A DNA stretch of 58,831 nt from Sphaerodactylus townsendi. Taxonomy: Eukaryota. Made by a program: the position numbers and the translations under genes. Positions within the stretch are counted from its first letter, which is position 1, and every line of letters begins with the position of its first letter. The stretch covers positions 8,437,170 through 8,496,000 of the forward strand of contig NC_059427.1 in NCBI RefSeq assembly GCF_021028975.2, written 5' to 3'. The notes under the pieces were generated by a model. The model had not been told where the DNA came from. It saw only the letters and a list, made by a program, of their open reading frames with translations, and ran no database searches. Positions 11,171-24,443 of this stretch are shown one piece after another.

Positions 11171-12441
11171 GTGATGTACAGGAAAATGAAAATGATATGG
11201 AACTCCAGGCTTTATCATTGGACGAAGTTAAGAATGAAGATTTGAAAATAAACTTTGGACCAAAGAAGCATGATGGGAATTGCACAACTGAGTGGAATGA
11301 GAATCTCATTTCTTGTCAAGGAGGGGAATTCCAGGAAATCCCAATCCAAGAAGAAAAGGCAACACAGAATGGAAGGACCAAAGGTCTCACAGCTCACCTG
11401 AAAATCCACAAAGGGGAAAATCAAAAGGAAACTGTGGAGTTTGGGAAGAGCATTAGTCAGAACGTCAATCTTGTTGCACGTCAACAAATCTGTTCAACAG
11501 ATAAACCATATAATTGTTCACTGTGCGGAGAGAGCTTCAGTTGGAGGATAGCTCTTACTTGGCATCAAAGAATTCACAATGGGGACAACCCTCCCAAAAT
11601 TCCAGCATGTGAAAACAGCTATAGTGGGCTATCACATTATGAAGAGCATCAGATGATCCCCACAGGAGGGAAACCATCTCAGTGCTCAGAAGTTGAAAAG
11701 AGTTTCAGTGACCATGTAAGCTTAACTGCACAAGAAAGAGCAGGTGCAGTAGAGAGACCTTATGAATGCCCAGAGTGTGGAAAGAGGTTTCGTTGGGCAT
11801 CACACCTTCAGCAGCATCAGACACTTCACACAGGGGAGAAACCATATGAGTGCTCAGAGTGTGGGAAGAAGTTTACCCGGACATCAACCCTGCGACAGCA
11901 TCAAAGAATCCACACTGGAGAAAAACCTTATGAGTGCTCCGAGTGTGGACAGAAATTCAGTTTCAGTTCTCTCCTTCAACGGCATGAAAAGATCCACACT
12001 GGAGAGAAACCGTATCAATGTGCAGAATGTGGGAAGGCCTTCCGTCACTGCTTAAGCCTCACAGTGCATCAAAGAGCGCACACAGGGGAGAGACCTTACA
12101 CATGCTCAGAGTGTGGAAGTAGTTTTAGTCGCATAACACACCTGCAACAACATCAAAATATCCATACAGGAGAGAAACCTTATGAGTGCTTAGAGTGTGA
12201 GAAAAAATTCTGTTCCCCATTTCATCTTCAACAGCATCAAAGGATCCACACGGGGGAGAAACCTTATAAATGTTTAGAGTGTGGGAAAAGTTTCAGCCAC
12301 TGCATAAGCCTCACTGCGCATCAGACAACTCACACAGGGGAGAAACTTTTCCAGTGCTCTGAGTGTGGAAAGAAATTTAATTGGATATCATCTTTGAGAA
12401 AGCATCAAAGAGTCCACATGGAGGAAAAACCTGAGTGCTGA
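11171..12441 (+). CDS. Gene B terminal exon: spacer + C2H2 array (9 intact fingers, 2 degenerate)
   Basis: AAGCAG acceptor at 11170, phase 1, in frame with ORF 11197-12441; canonical fingers and TGEKPY linkers. Confidence 0.92.
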
Positions 12442-13730
12442 AAGAGCTTCAGTTCCCCATCCCACCTTCAATGGCACTAGAGAATCCACAGGGGGAAAGA
12501 CCACAATAAATGTTCATAGTCTGGAATAATGTAAGATGGGACCTAAGACTTCAGCAGCATCAAAGGATCCACAGTTTTCTGCCTAATTGAACCTTGTGAA
12601 GCACCAAGTTCATTCTGGAGAAAAGGCATGTAAACGTTACATGTGTGGAAAAGAACATCTTGGCTGTCCTTAACTATCAAAGAACTCATATGAGAGGAAC
12701 TGTGAAAGTGCTCCACATGTAGGATTGACTTCTCTCAGTGCATGCTTATTTATTTTTTTATTTGTAGGCCCCCCCCCCCCCACCATCTTACTGGGACTCA
12801 AGGCAGATTCCATAGGACAAGTCAAAGGAGCAAGAGGCATCCAACAAACAGTGCAAGAGGACCAGGATCCCAACAATTAGAAAAATTGTGAAAAAAAATC
12901 AGATATCATCTATATAAATGAAAGCCTTTTGTCTATGCAACTGCATTTGTAGCAGGCATAATTCATCAGAAAATAAACCAAGAGCCTCAGAATTGGCTAC
13001 TGGGTTCAAGATGATCATGAGAATTGCAGTGTCAAATATGAAAGTAAATGGAACATCCCAACCCACACAATTCCCAGAATCACCCACTCATTCCCTGTTT
13101 GTTTGTTTCTTGTTGCATTGGAAGCTATGATTATCTGCAGCAGGCATAACTCCTATAAAACTAAGCTAGGACCCTCAAAACAGCCCACCCTCTTCAAGGT
13201 GATGATGGGATTTGCCGTGTCAGAAATGAAGAAAATTGGGCTAGCTTGGGTGAAATAAGCTAAATAGTATCCCTCTGCCTTTTGCAATAGAGTGAAGGTT
13301 TACTTATAAAATGTCAAGAAAGGGCAGGCTAGAAGCACAGACAGCAAGGGTGGAATTGGTTGAAAAATGGGATTGGGGGAAGGATAACCACTTTCCTGAT
13401 TTATCAGAGCCAGTGTGGGGACTATTGATTAGAATGTCAAGCTGGTTCAAGGAAATCAAGGTTTGAATCCCCACTCCGACAATAAAAGTTGTCAGCTGAC
13501 TTTGGTCACACACTCATGCTGACATACCTCCCAGGGATGTTGTAAGGATAAAACGGAGGAATGGAGAGCAATGTAAACCAGTTCATGTCTCCAGTGGGGA
13601 GGAAGGCAATACAGACAGGGTGGGTGGAAAATCTTCCTTTATAAAACCAAGAAGGTTTAAGATTCTACCTGAGCTATTAGAGCAACTGTGATTTAGTGGG
13701 TTAGATTATTTGACAAGAATCTAAGAGTTT

Positions 13731-13897
13731 GAGTCCAGTGGCACCTTTAAGACGAACTAAGTTTTATTCTTGGTGTAAGCTTTCGTGTGCATACACACTT
13801 CAAATACAGTGAACTGTATCTGCACATGAAAATGTGTACCGAGAGTAAAACTTCGTTGGTTTTTGCTGCTTCAGATCATCACAGTTACCCACCTGAA
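13731..13897. mobile_element. Penelope-like element terminal-repeat remnant (inverted pair) nested in a SINE
   Basis: Minus strand reads GAAGTGTGTATGCACACGAAAGCTTACACCAAGAATAAAAC, a decayed hammerhead-type stem II + GAAA; partial inverted copy on the plus strand. Confidence 0.6.
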
Positions 13898-16553
13898 AGG
13901 AGCTAAGAGGCCCCAGTGCAAATGTGCTGCGTCACAGAAGCTTGCTGGATGACCTTGAGCCGGTCAAACACTCATGTTAACCTACCTCACAGAGTTGTTG
14001 TGATGATAAAACGGAGGAGCGAACTAGGGAATAGAGACAAAATTACACTGAGGAGGAAGGCAGGGTGTCAGTGAAATAAATGGTAGTCCTTGGCAGGCAA
14101 AACTTATCAGACAGCCATTGTTTTAGCAAGTGGGGTGGATCTATAGCAAATAAAATAAGCCACAGTTATTAAAACAAGGGCTTTTCTCTGCAAAGACAAG
14201 AAAGGCTTAAAGTGAAAGGACTGCGTTTTCTGGACCATATGAAACAGAAATACTCAGATCCTCCTCTGGAGGTCTGCCTTTGCTTGCAGGAGAGCTGGAA
14301 GATCAAGGCCAGAACCAGACTGGGGATTGCCTGGAAGTGGAAGGTTGAGAGTGAGACACTCCCTCAGACTGAGCAGCCAAGCAAGAAGGTTTCTGGGAGA
14401 GCAGGCAGAGAAGCCCTTTTTTTCTTTCTCCTTGGGTTGTCACTGCTGGGTTGAGAAGTTCCTGGAGATTTGGGTTTGGAACCGAGGGAAGAGAGTCTAT
14501 ATAATAGAGTCCACCCTCCAAGGCAGCCATTACCTATGGAGGAACTGCTATCTGGAGATCAGCTGTAATCCCAGGCTCCACTTGGAAGTTGGCAACATTA
14601 CTTTCCTCCTCCCAGCTCTAATAAAGGGTTACGAAGCAGATGATTCTGCACAAGCATCTGCTGCACGATGGCCCTGCTTTCACTTTCTAGTCTCCCTGCA
14701 GCAAATTTAATGTTGCTTTGCTTTCAGAGCAAGGAGATTTTCCAGTGAGCAAAGCTTTGCCCTGGATCTCTTTCCTGCGCTCATGACCAACCTGCATAGC
14801 TCCACCCTTCCTGCTACTCTGCCACTCATGCCTCCCCCCTTGCCCCTTTCCATGTTGGCTCCTTCCTGCTTCTCTAATGCTCATTTTGATATATCAATGT
14901 ATTGATATAACACAGTTGGCTTTTGCAAGGAACAGCAGAAGTAGGGTCTGTTTCTCTCCAGCCCACCTCCTCCATTCTGCTTCTGCCCTCCCCAATGATT
15001 GGGAAAGCTTTTTAAAACATTTTTTTCAGACAAGCCTCTTTTTAAAAACAAGCCTCTCTTGCAGCAGCAAGGGAGGGGGAGGGAGCGTGTGGAGGGGAAG
15101 TGGGGAAGAAGATCGGCTCTGTAGTATTGGGATTACTTAATGTTATGATATCTATGCCTTTAAGAGGGGCAGAAATGAGAGAACCAGGAAACAGACCTGT
15201 TGAGACTAGCTTGGTGAGCACTGGGCTGCCTCCTCATATGTAAACAGATGTGAGGAGACCACACTTCAGCCCTACTATGCAGCTAAAAGGCCCAAGGTAA
15301 GTGTTCCATGAGTAATGTTGTTACTTGTAGCATAGGGTTCATTTAGGTCCATCAGGAGCTCCATGCCCCTTCCAGAATATTATTTGGTTCCTTATTTATT
15401 CACTTCATTTATCCCCTATCTTTCTCCTCAGTGGGGATCCAAGATAGCTTACATTAATCTGTCCTCTATTTTACCCTCACAACAATCCTGTGATGTAGGC
15501 TGAGAGTATATGAATGACCCAAGGTTGCCCAGCCAGCTTCTCAGGCAGAGCGGGGATTATTCTCCCTGTCCCTACTCTGACACTCTAACCACTACACAAT
15601 GCTAGCTGTCTGTTTCTGAGCATGAACAGATTGCCTCGCCATTCTTCTTGAAGCCAGAGCTTCAGGAAACAGATGGCTGGTTTTACTGGTTAATATGTTA
15701 AAAGAAAGTCACATTTCCCCCTTAAAAATATCAAAACAACAATTTTCTGCAATAATTCCATGAAAGGTTAAAATAGGGTTTCCTAGACATAATCCAAAAA
15801 AAGAGACTTGATCCAAACATCATATTGCATGTGTGGTTTGGTGGGGTGACGTGTAGGGCCTAAGTAGTCATGAGGCTCTGTTTTGTATGATGATAATTGC
15901 AAACATGGATCTCCACAATTCTAGGGTTGCCACCTCAAATAGGGCCTAGAGTTCTCCCGGAATTACATAAATTGGGAGGAGGCCTTTGGAGAAAATGGCA
16001 GCTTTGGAGGATGGAGTACACCGCAGTTTCTTACAGAAAATCTCTCCACAGGCCTCCTCCCAAATCTCCATTAATTTCCAAGGCCAGAGTTGCCAACCCT
16101 ACATAGTCTGCCTTTGTCACTTCAAGTCAAGGGGGATTATATGATCACACACATCCAACAGTGAATAAGACTGAGTTAGAAAATTAGGCACAAGAAGGAG
16201 AGTACAATACAAATAAAAGCTGATCTGCAGAATTGGTGGAAGAAGGCAACAAACAAAGGGTAGAATGTAGGAATGAAGCAATCAAAACCAACTGGATTAC
16301 ACATACAGCAAGCAACTGTATTATGAAAGATGTTTCTCTCTACAGTTGCGGTTTTACACATTCTGCAGAGAAGGAAGTGGAATTGTTCCCAGCCTCCTCA
16401 GAACGCACGGATGGCAGCTATCAATCTACACTCCTGAGGTTACACAACAGATTTTCCTGGCCAGAGACTGAAAAGAAGTGGCATGTTGCATTTGCTTCTT
16501 TTATTTAAAGAGATGCACTAATTAAATTACAGAATAGTGTTCCCGTGGCTAGT

Positions 16554-16671
16554 AAAGGGTTAAGGTGACAGAGCTGCATTTCCTAGAATGGGGCAAGAGA
16601 GGGTCTTCCTTTCTCCTCCATCTCCTTTCGGCACCAGATTTTCTTGCAGGACGATGCCTGGGAGGGTAAAG
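16554..16671 (+). promoter_or_regulatory. Putative promoter / non-coding exon 1 of gene C (donor at 16666)
   Basis: AAAGGGTTAA, GCTGCATTTCCTAGAATG, GCCTGGGAGG|GTAAAG shared with paralogs. Confidence 0.55.
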
Positions 16672-18565
16672 ATCTGTCCAGCGAGGAAGGGCCCCCAGGA
16701 CGAGCCCCCATGCAAATAGGTCTCTCTGGGTCCCGCATGCAGAGCAAAGTCGGGAAGGGGGAGGTCAAGCCCCTTCTGTCCTCCCAGGGAGGCTTTCCGG
16801 CCCTGGCTCCAGCCCCTAGAACTCAGGCTGGGTCAGTAGAAAGCAGCAGGAGGGGATCAGGTTTCCCTCCAGTCCGAGCACAGATCCCCCTGCGGATCAT
16901 TGCTGATCAAATGTCCTTTTTAAAAGCACGGGAGCAGGGGAGGCTGGATTGGTTGGCAACTCCAGAGGAAGTGGATGTGGGCATCAGTGCTGCCGAATCT
17001 GGAATGGGTGAACAGGATTTTACCGTGGGAGGTGATACAGATGGCCCCATGGAGACTTGACCCTCAGCGTGAGAGAGGACAGTGCCTCTCCCCACTACCG
17101 CAACTGACCTCCTGTAGGGACCTCTAATCACGTAAATCCCACCTGGAGCCGTGGGGAGGGGGTGAGATCGCCCTGTTGGCTGTCCTCCCCAGAATATTTT
17201 CCTGGTTTGTGTGAATGGGATTGCTTCAGAGCAGGAGGTGTGCAGATGCAGCTTGGTTGTAACTAGAGACACGTTTGGCTTGGGGGTGGGGGCCTGCAGA
17301 GTAGGATAGCCCCCAGAGACCATTATAATCTGCCTCCCTCTTCCAGAACCTTATCTTGCTACTGCCTTTGAGCATGAGCAGAGTGCCTTGCACTGTCTTG
17401 CAGAGACATGATAAGCGTTGGGCAACTGGATGTGGAAGGAGGGGTATCTGTGTTGGGAGAGAGGCAGTGGCTCAGTGGCAGAGCTTGCTCTTTGCATAGA
17501 GAGATCCTTGGCTCTGTCCCTGGCATCTGCTCCCAAACCAACCAAAACAATGGGGAAGACTCCAGAAAGCAGCTGCCATGAGACTAGACTACTGGACTGC
17601 ACTCCCCAGGGAACAGGTCTTGAAGACAACTTGGAAACTTTTGTCATTGCAGAACACTGTAGCTCAATTACTATCAGAAGTTAGGCAAAGTGAACTGCTT
17701 TTGGAATGGCTCTATTGGCTCCCCTTTAGTTTCCAAGTTATCACCAAGAAAGCCTTCTGTAGCCTGGGACCCAAACATCTCGCAGGATAGCCTTCGCATT
17801 ATGCTGTAGGCATGAAGTTTCCTTTTCCAGGTCTCAGATGCCTTTACATCACTTCCTGCCTGATTCCTTTACCTGGAGATGTCAGGGATAGAACCTGGGA
17901 CTTTGGCATGCAAAGCAGGTTTTCTATGCCTGGTCTGGAGAGCTCTTTGAGGTGCCACTTTTTCAACAGGATAAACTTACACATTCTCTCTGGCATTTCT
18001 GGGGAAACAGCCTTCCTGGCATTTCCCAAAATATGTAGGAAGGGAATGTTTCCAAGGATTTTTCTATGATGGAATAGACATTTTAATGTTTTAATGTTAT
18101 ATATTTTGTTGTGAACCGCCCTGAGCCCCTNNNNNNNNNNNNNNNNNNNNNNNNNNNNNNNNNNNNNNNNNNNNNNNNNNNNNNNNNNNNNNNNNNNNNN
18201 NNNNNNNNNNNNNNNNNNNNNNNNNNNNNNNNNNNNNNNNNNNNNNNNNNNNNNNNNNNNNNNNNNNNNTCTTAATTTATGCATTTAATAAAGAAATTGT
18301 ACTGTTATCTTTTTGCATATAATTACTTTTTCAGGCAGAAAAAATCAAACTGGGGCCATGAAACATATTATTAATGTATGTAATTTATAGTCTGCCTTTC
18401 TCACTTGGACTCAAGGCAGATTACACAGTTATCAGGTGGGTCCCTTCTCTCTCTACCCTATATTTTTTTCTTTCCAACAGGGAGAAGTCAGTGTGGAAAA
18501 CAAGAACGTTTTCTAGAGTTTTCAGTTATGCAGCACCAACTCTGAGGGATTATTGACAGCTAGAA

Positions 18566-19288
18566 ATGGAAAAAGAGACTGCTAGAGGCCCCAAACTAGG
18601 GGAAGTGTCAGAGGCAAGAGGAATAGTCCCTCTAGTCCTTCAAGCTGGGAGTATCGGGGAAATTCTGCAAAGCAGAACAGGACATCCAGGGAATCAGCCC
18701 ACAGAGGAGGGATCCCTTTCTCTTGAGCAGTGGGAAGGCCAATGGAAGGAGCTTCTCAGGACACTGGAGAGCCTTCATTCTCCTTGGGGAATCCCTCACT
18801 TGCCTGAGAAACCTTCACACTGGGAAGACGCGAAAGCCTTTCTGGCCTCCTTTGAGCAAGTGGCTGAAGCCTGTCGGTGGCCCCAGGAAGAGTGGGTGAC
18901 CCGACTCCTCCCAGCCCTCAGTGGAGAAGCTGAATGGGCCTTTAACAGTCTTGCTGTCACAGAAAGAGAGGATTATGGGAAGGTGAAGTTGGCCATCTTG
19001 CGAAGGGACACCTTGAGCCAGGAAAAGCAACGTCAGCAGTTTCGGAATTTCTGCTACCAGGAGGCTGAGGGGCCAAGAGGGGCCTACAGCCGACTGCAGG
19101 AAATGTGCCGTGGGTGGCTGAGAGTGGAGAATCACAACAAGGAGCAGATCCTGGAGCTCTTGATCCTAGAGCAGCTGCTGAACGTCCTGCCTCCGCAGAT
19201 CCAGAGCCCGGTGAGGGAGAGTGGCCCTGAGAGCTGTTCCCAGGCAGTGGCCCTGGCCGAGGAGTTTCTCTTGAGGCAAGAGAAGCAG
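18566..19288 (+). CDS. Gene C first coding exon: capsid-like region + SCAN
   Basis: Acceptor CAACAG at 18480, ATG 18566, SCAN motifs, donor CAG|GTGAGG at 19289. Confidence 0.92.
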
Positions 19289-20337
19289 GTGAGGCCCTTG
19301 TGCTGTGTGGGCCCTGAGTGTGGGAGGGGCTGGGATGGAGCAGGGGCTGGATCTCTTCTTGCTGGGCAGGGGAGAGAAAGGGAATGCCAGAGCGTGATGT
19401 TGCCTTGTTTGGGGTTCTTTTAATCAAGGGGCAGCAGACCTCTGCTTTAAACAATTATGCTTTCACACACCCACAGGTTTACTGAACTGACAAGGTATTA
19501 CTGAGAGGAAGAATGGTTTTATTTTGATCTCCTTCGTAAACCCAAGAATCTTGGCCTATTGAAAGAGAATCAGCTTGTTTTTTGGGGATATTTCCCTCAA
19601 CCCCCATCACAAGTCATTAACCCACTATCTCCCTAAGGTTAACACAGGATACCTGCCTCATCACTGGCCCCAAGGCCCCATGTATTATAGTATCGATAGC
19701 TGAGTTATTTTCCTTAACTGCCGAAGCCTAACTATTATCCTGATCGTTTCTCCTTGTATCTCAGTTGCTTCCCCAAACCCTGTCTGAGTTATTTGGGTGG
19801 TAACTAGTAGGTCTTGGGATTTCTTGGTGGAATTCAGAACCCTATGAGGTAACGCTGGGCCAAATAGACATTATGGCATCCACAGGTCTGACTTGTGAAC
19901 ACCACAGCCATTTGGGAGTTGAATTCAGGCTGCTAAAACATGCCACAAGGCCCCGATCCCTGCAGAGGGGTGGTCCCAGGAGCTTTTGTTTTCGCCCTTG
20001 CACCTTTTCAAGTACTGAATTGATTTCAGTGTCTCTGATACACTCTGTTACATCTTTATTCCTCCCTGGATCAGCTGCAAGTGAGCCAGGCTGCTTCAAG
20101 TAAGTTTTGTTTTGTAATGTTTTGGTTTTGTTCAGTTTTCAGCATTCCTTAAGGAAATTCCGCCTTGATTGTTTTCTAGACAGTATGGTGGTGAAGAAGA
20201 AGAAGAGTTTGGATTTATATCCCCCATTCTTTCCTTTCAACTCCCTTCCCTTCCTCTCCCCACAACAGACACTTTGTGAGGTAGGTGGGACTGAGAGAGT
20301 TCCGAAGATCTGGCCAGGGTCACCCAGCAGGAATGTA

Positions 20338-22620
20338 GGATCATAGAGTTGGAAGAGACCCCAAGGGCCACCAAGTCCAACTCCCTGCCATGCAGGAACA
20401 CATAATCAAAGCATTTCTGACAAATGGCCATCAATCCTCACTTTAGAAACCTGTAAAGAGGTTTGGAGACTCCACCACACTCCACCACACTCCAGCCCTT
20501 ACTGTCAGGAAGGTTTTCCCGATGTTTAGGTGGAATTTCTTTTCCTTCACCTTGAACCCATGACTCCTTGCCCTAGTCTCTGGAGCAGCAGAAAACAAGC
20601 TTGCTCCCTCACCAACATGACATCCCTTCAAATATCTAAACATGGCTATCATGTCACCTCTTAACCTTCTCTTCACCAAACTAAACATACCCAGCTCCCT
20701 AAGTCTCTCCTTGTTGGGCATGGATTCCAGACCTTTTACCATTCTGGTTGCCCTCCTCTGGACCCATTCTAGCTTGTCAATATCCTTCTTGAATTGCGGT
20801 GCCCAGAACTGTACACAGTATTCCAGGTGAGGTCTAACCAATGCAGAACAGAGAGGTATCCTCTGTATCTAGACACTATACTCCTATTGATACAGCCCAG
20901 ATCGCATTGGCTTTCTTGGCCGCCGCATCACACTGCAATTTGTGGTCTACTAAGACTCCCAGATCCCTTTCGCATGTAGTGTTGTCAAGCCAGGTGTCAC
21001 TCATCCTATATCTGTGCATTTTATTTTTTCTGCCTAAGTGTAGTATCTTACATAGATCTCAGTTGAAATTCATTTTGTTAATTTTGGCCCAGCTCTCTAA
21101 TATGTCCAGGTCATTTTGAATTCTGACTCTATCCTCTAGGGTATTAGCTACTAGATAAAAATATTGAATAGTACTGGGCCCAGGACAGAACCCTGTGGCA
21201 CCTCACTAGTCACATCTCTCCAGGATGAAGATGAGCCATTGATGAGCACCCTTTGAGTTCGGTCAGTCAACCAATTATAAATCCATCTAATAGTAGCATT
21301 ATCAAGTCCGCATTTCACTAGCTTACTATGGGGCATCTTGTCAAAAGCTTTACTAAAATCAAGGTATGCATTCCACAGCATTCCCTTTGTCTACAAAGCT
21401 TTTCACTCTATCAAAAAAAGAGATAAGATTAGTCTGGAATGACTTGTTTTTCAGAAACCCATGCTGATTGATCACAGTATTCCCTGCTAAGTGCTGTCAG
21501 ACCGTCTGTTTAATTATCTGCTCCAGAATCTTCCCTGGTATTGATGTCAGGCTGACTGGACGGTAATTATTAGAGTCCTCCTTTTCCCTCTTTTTGAAGG
21601 TAGGGATAATATTAGCCCTCCTCCAATCCACTGGGGCTTCTCCAGGAGTTCTCAAAGATTACAACAAATGGTTCTGAGATTACTTCTGCCAATTCTTTTA
21701 ATGCCCTGGGATGTAGTTCATTAGGGCCTGGAGGTTTGAATTTGTTTAAAGTACCCAGGTGTTCCTGCACTACCGCTTTACTTATTCTGTGTTGAATTTC
21801 TCCAACTCTATCTTCTGTTTCATTTTCCCCTGGATGAGCACTGTTTCCTTTTTGGGAAAAGACTCAACAAAGGTGTTGAGTAGTTTTGTCTTTTTTCCAT
21901 CCCCTGTTAGCATTTTGCCATCTTCTCCATGCAGTGACTCTATCCTATCTTTTTTCTTCCTTTGCTACGGACATAACAAAAAAAAGCCTTTTTTGTTTTT
22001 AGCCTCTCTGGCAAGCCTCAGCTCATTGTGAGCTTTAGCTTTTCTGACTTTCTCCCTACACATCCTACTTATTTGTTTGAATTCCTCTTTGGTGATTTCC
22101 CCCCTTTTCCATTTCTTGTACATGTCCTTTTCAAGTCTTAGTTCAATTGAAAGTTCTTTAGACAGCCATCCTGGTTTCCTGAGACATCTCCCATTTTTCC
22201 TCCTAACTGGAACTGTTTGAAATTGTGCCTTCAAGGTCTCACTTTTAAGAAACTCCCAGCCATCATGCACTCCCTTCTTTTTTAGTATTTTTGACCACGG
22301 GATCACACCCAGTTGATTCCTAAGCTTACTGAAATCTGCTTCTAGAATGTCTACAGTCTAGAAAGACTACACTTAGCATCCCTTTTCCACTGTATAACAA
22401 ACTCTAGGAGAAGATGATTACTCCCACCTAAGGATCCTGCCACTTCCACTCCACTAATCAGGTCATCGTTGTTGGTTAGGAGCAGATCTAAAATAGCCAT
22501 TCTCCTTGTTGCTTCTTCCACCTTCTAGACCATGAAACTGTCTGCAAGGCAAGTGAGAAATTTGTTTGACCTGGTTATCATGGGAGAGTTTGACTCCCAA
22601 CGAATATCAGGATAATTGAA
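20338..22620 (-). mobile_element. CR1 LINE, 5'-truncated (~2.3 kb), degenerate ORF2, inserted into a SINE
   Basis: Minus-strand peptides [38 protein letters not shown]; CR1 3' end at 20338; SINE halves at ~20193-20337 and ~22622-22730. Confidence 0.92.
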
Positions 22621-22729
22621 ACAAATCTGAATCACCAGATAATAGTCTGCCGCTCATGTGGAGGAGTGGAAAGCAAACCCAGTTCTCCAGATTAGAGTCC
22701 ACCTGCTCTTAACCACTTCACCATGCTGG

Positions 22730-22960
22730 CTGTAGTGGATAAGAGCAGTAAACTCTAATCTGGAGAACCGGGTTTGATTCTCCACTCCCACACATGAAGC
22801 TTGCTGGGTGACCTTGGGCCAGTCACAGTTCTCTCGGAATTCTCTCAACCCCACCTACTTTACAACGTGTCTGTTGAAGGGAGGGGAAGGCGATTGTAAA
22901 CCACTTTGAGTCTCCTTTAAAAGGTAGAGAAAAGAAGGATGTAAAAACCAATTCTTCTTC
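22730..22960 (+). mobile_element. tRNA-derived squamate SINE
   Basis: TGTAGTGGATAAGAGC...CTGGAGAACCGGGTTTGATTC...TTCTTCT tail; head-to-head with the interrupted minus-strand SINE. Confidence 0.75.
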
Positions 22961-23061
22961 TAGCACACACTAATGACTCCGCTAAGTTCTGGGTAGGAGA
23001 CAGAACAATCCCCTTTCTTCATCTCCCCCCTCTTCAGCTCTGTGGCTCTCTGCTGTTGCAG

Positions 23062-23167
23062 GTGCCCTTGGTGGAGGTAGCTGCAAGCCAGGCTTCATCT
23101 GAGAGCAAGCAGAGGCATCCCACGGTGGCTGTTGATGAACAGGAGCGTGGAGAAGCCATCCTGCTGG
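23062..23167 (+). CDS. Gene C exon 2: degenerate KRAB-A-like exon with an in-frame 15-nt deletion
   Basis: TTGCAG acceptor, GTAAGG donor; 106 nt, phase 0-1; VPLVEVAASQASSESKQRH...GEAILL. Confidence 0.75.
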
Positions 23168-23700
23168 GTAAGGAGGGAGGGAAGCCATCTGGAGCATGAG
23201 GTGGGGGATATTGGAAAGCTACTTCTAGGCTTCAGCTCAGTAGTGACTCCTTCTCCTTTCAAGGGCTGCTCTGTCCTTACATTCTGCAGAGGAGTAGATA
23301 TTCTAGAAAAAAAGAGCTGGTTACAAAAGGTGAGGTCTGCTGGACAAAGCCAAAGTCTGATTGACTTTTTCTTACAGTGGTCAGACCCACACCTGGATGA
23401 TCCAGGCTAGCCAGATTTTGGAAACTAATCAGGGCTGGCCCTGATTAGTTCTTGGATGGGAGGCTACTAAGGAAGTCCAAGGTTGGTACACAAAGGCAGG
23501 CAATGACAGACCACCTCTGAACGTCTCTTGCCTTGAAATCCTATGGGGTCATTGTAAACCAGCTGTGACTTGATAGCGTTTCCCACCATCACGACCATGT
23601 CTAGCTAGATGTTGTCAGGCCTTCCTGTTTTTTGCCCCCCTCCCTGACGTCTGGCATCCTTTCCAAAGGCTTGGTTGTTCCCTTGAACTAACTTGACACC

Positions 23701-24066
23701 CAGCATGGTATAGTGGTTAAGAGTAGGTGGATTCTAATCTGGAGTACCAGGTTTGATTCACCACTCTTCCACCTGAGTGGAAGAGGCTTATCTGGTGAAC
23801 CAGATGTGTTTGCACACTCCTACATTCCTGCTGGGTGACCTTGGGCTAGTCTCAGTTCTTCGGAACTCTCTCAGCCCCACCTGCCTCACAAGGTGTCTGT
23901 TGTTGGGAGAGGAAGGGAAATGAGCTTGTAAGGTGCTTTGAGTCTCCTTACGAAAGAGAAAGAGGGGTATAAATCCAAACTCCTCCTTCTCCTCTTCTTG
24001 TGCTTCTTCTTCTTCTTCCTCCCTCCTCCTCCTCCTCCTCTTCTCCTTCTACTACTACTACTACTG
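23701..24066 (+). mobile_element. SINE with an expanded (CTT/CCT/CTA)n tail
   Basis: SINE head/core as in other copies; trinucleotide tract ~23985-24066. Confidence 0.8.
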
Positions 24067-24443
24067 TTTTGGTTGATCTGGTCCTGGCTGAAAACTAACT
24101 CCCCATGCCCCATGGCACACCTATCATAAAATTCTTGGAATTTTATGAGTAGAAAATCAAAAGAAGTTCACAGCAAATGAAATATAAAGAGTAGGAAAAT
24201 GAATCTTCTCTTGTTGCCTGAAATTGTACATACGGGGAGTTTTGGGTAAAGAATGCAAAGGAAGCAAATAAAAAAGGTCCTACGTAGGGCCAGGCCAGGT
24301 AAAAGGTGCAGCCAGCTGCCTACGTCAGGGATTAAAGTGATTTTGAGGAAGTAATCCAATATTATCCAGGATGCAGGAATAACAGATCTAAGACTTGGGG
24401 TTTTGAATGACTGATGATTGAATCTCACTCTTTATTCCAGTAG

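Noticed and set aside
23886-24129. Low-complexity poly-S/R/G/K and poly-L/P/F ORFs
   Set aside because: Translation of a trinucleotide SINE tail
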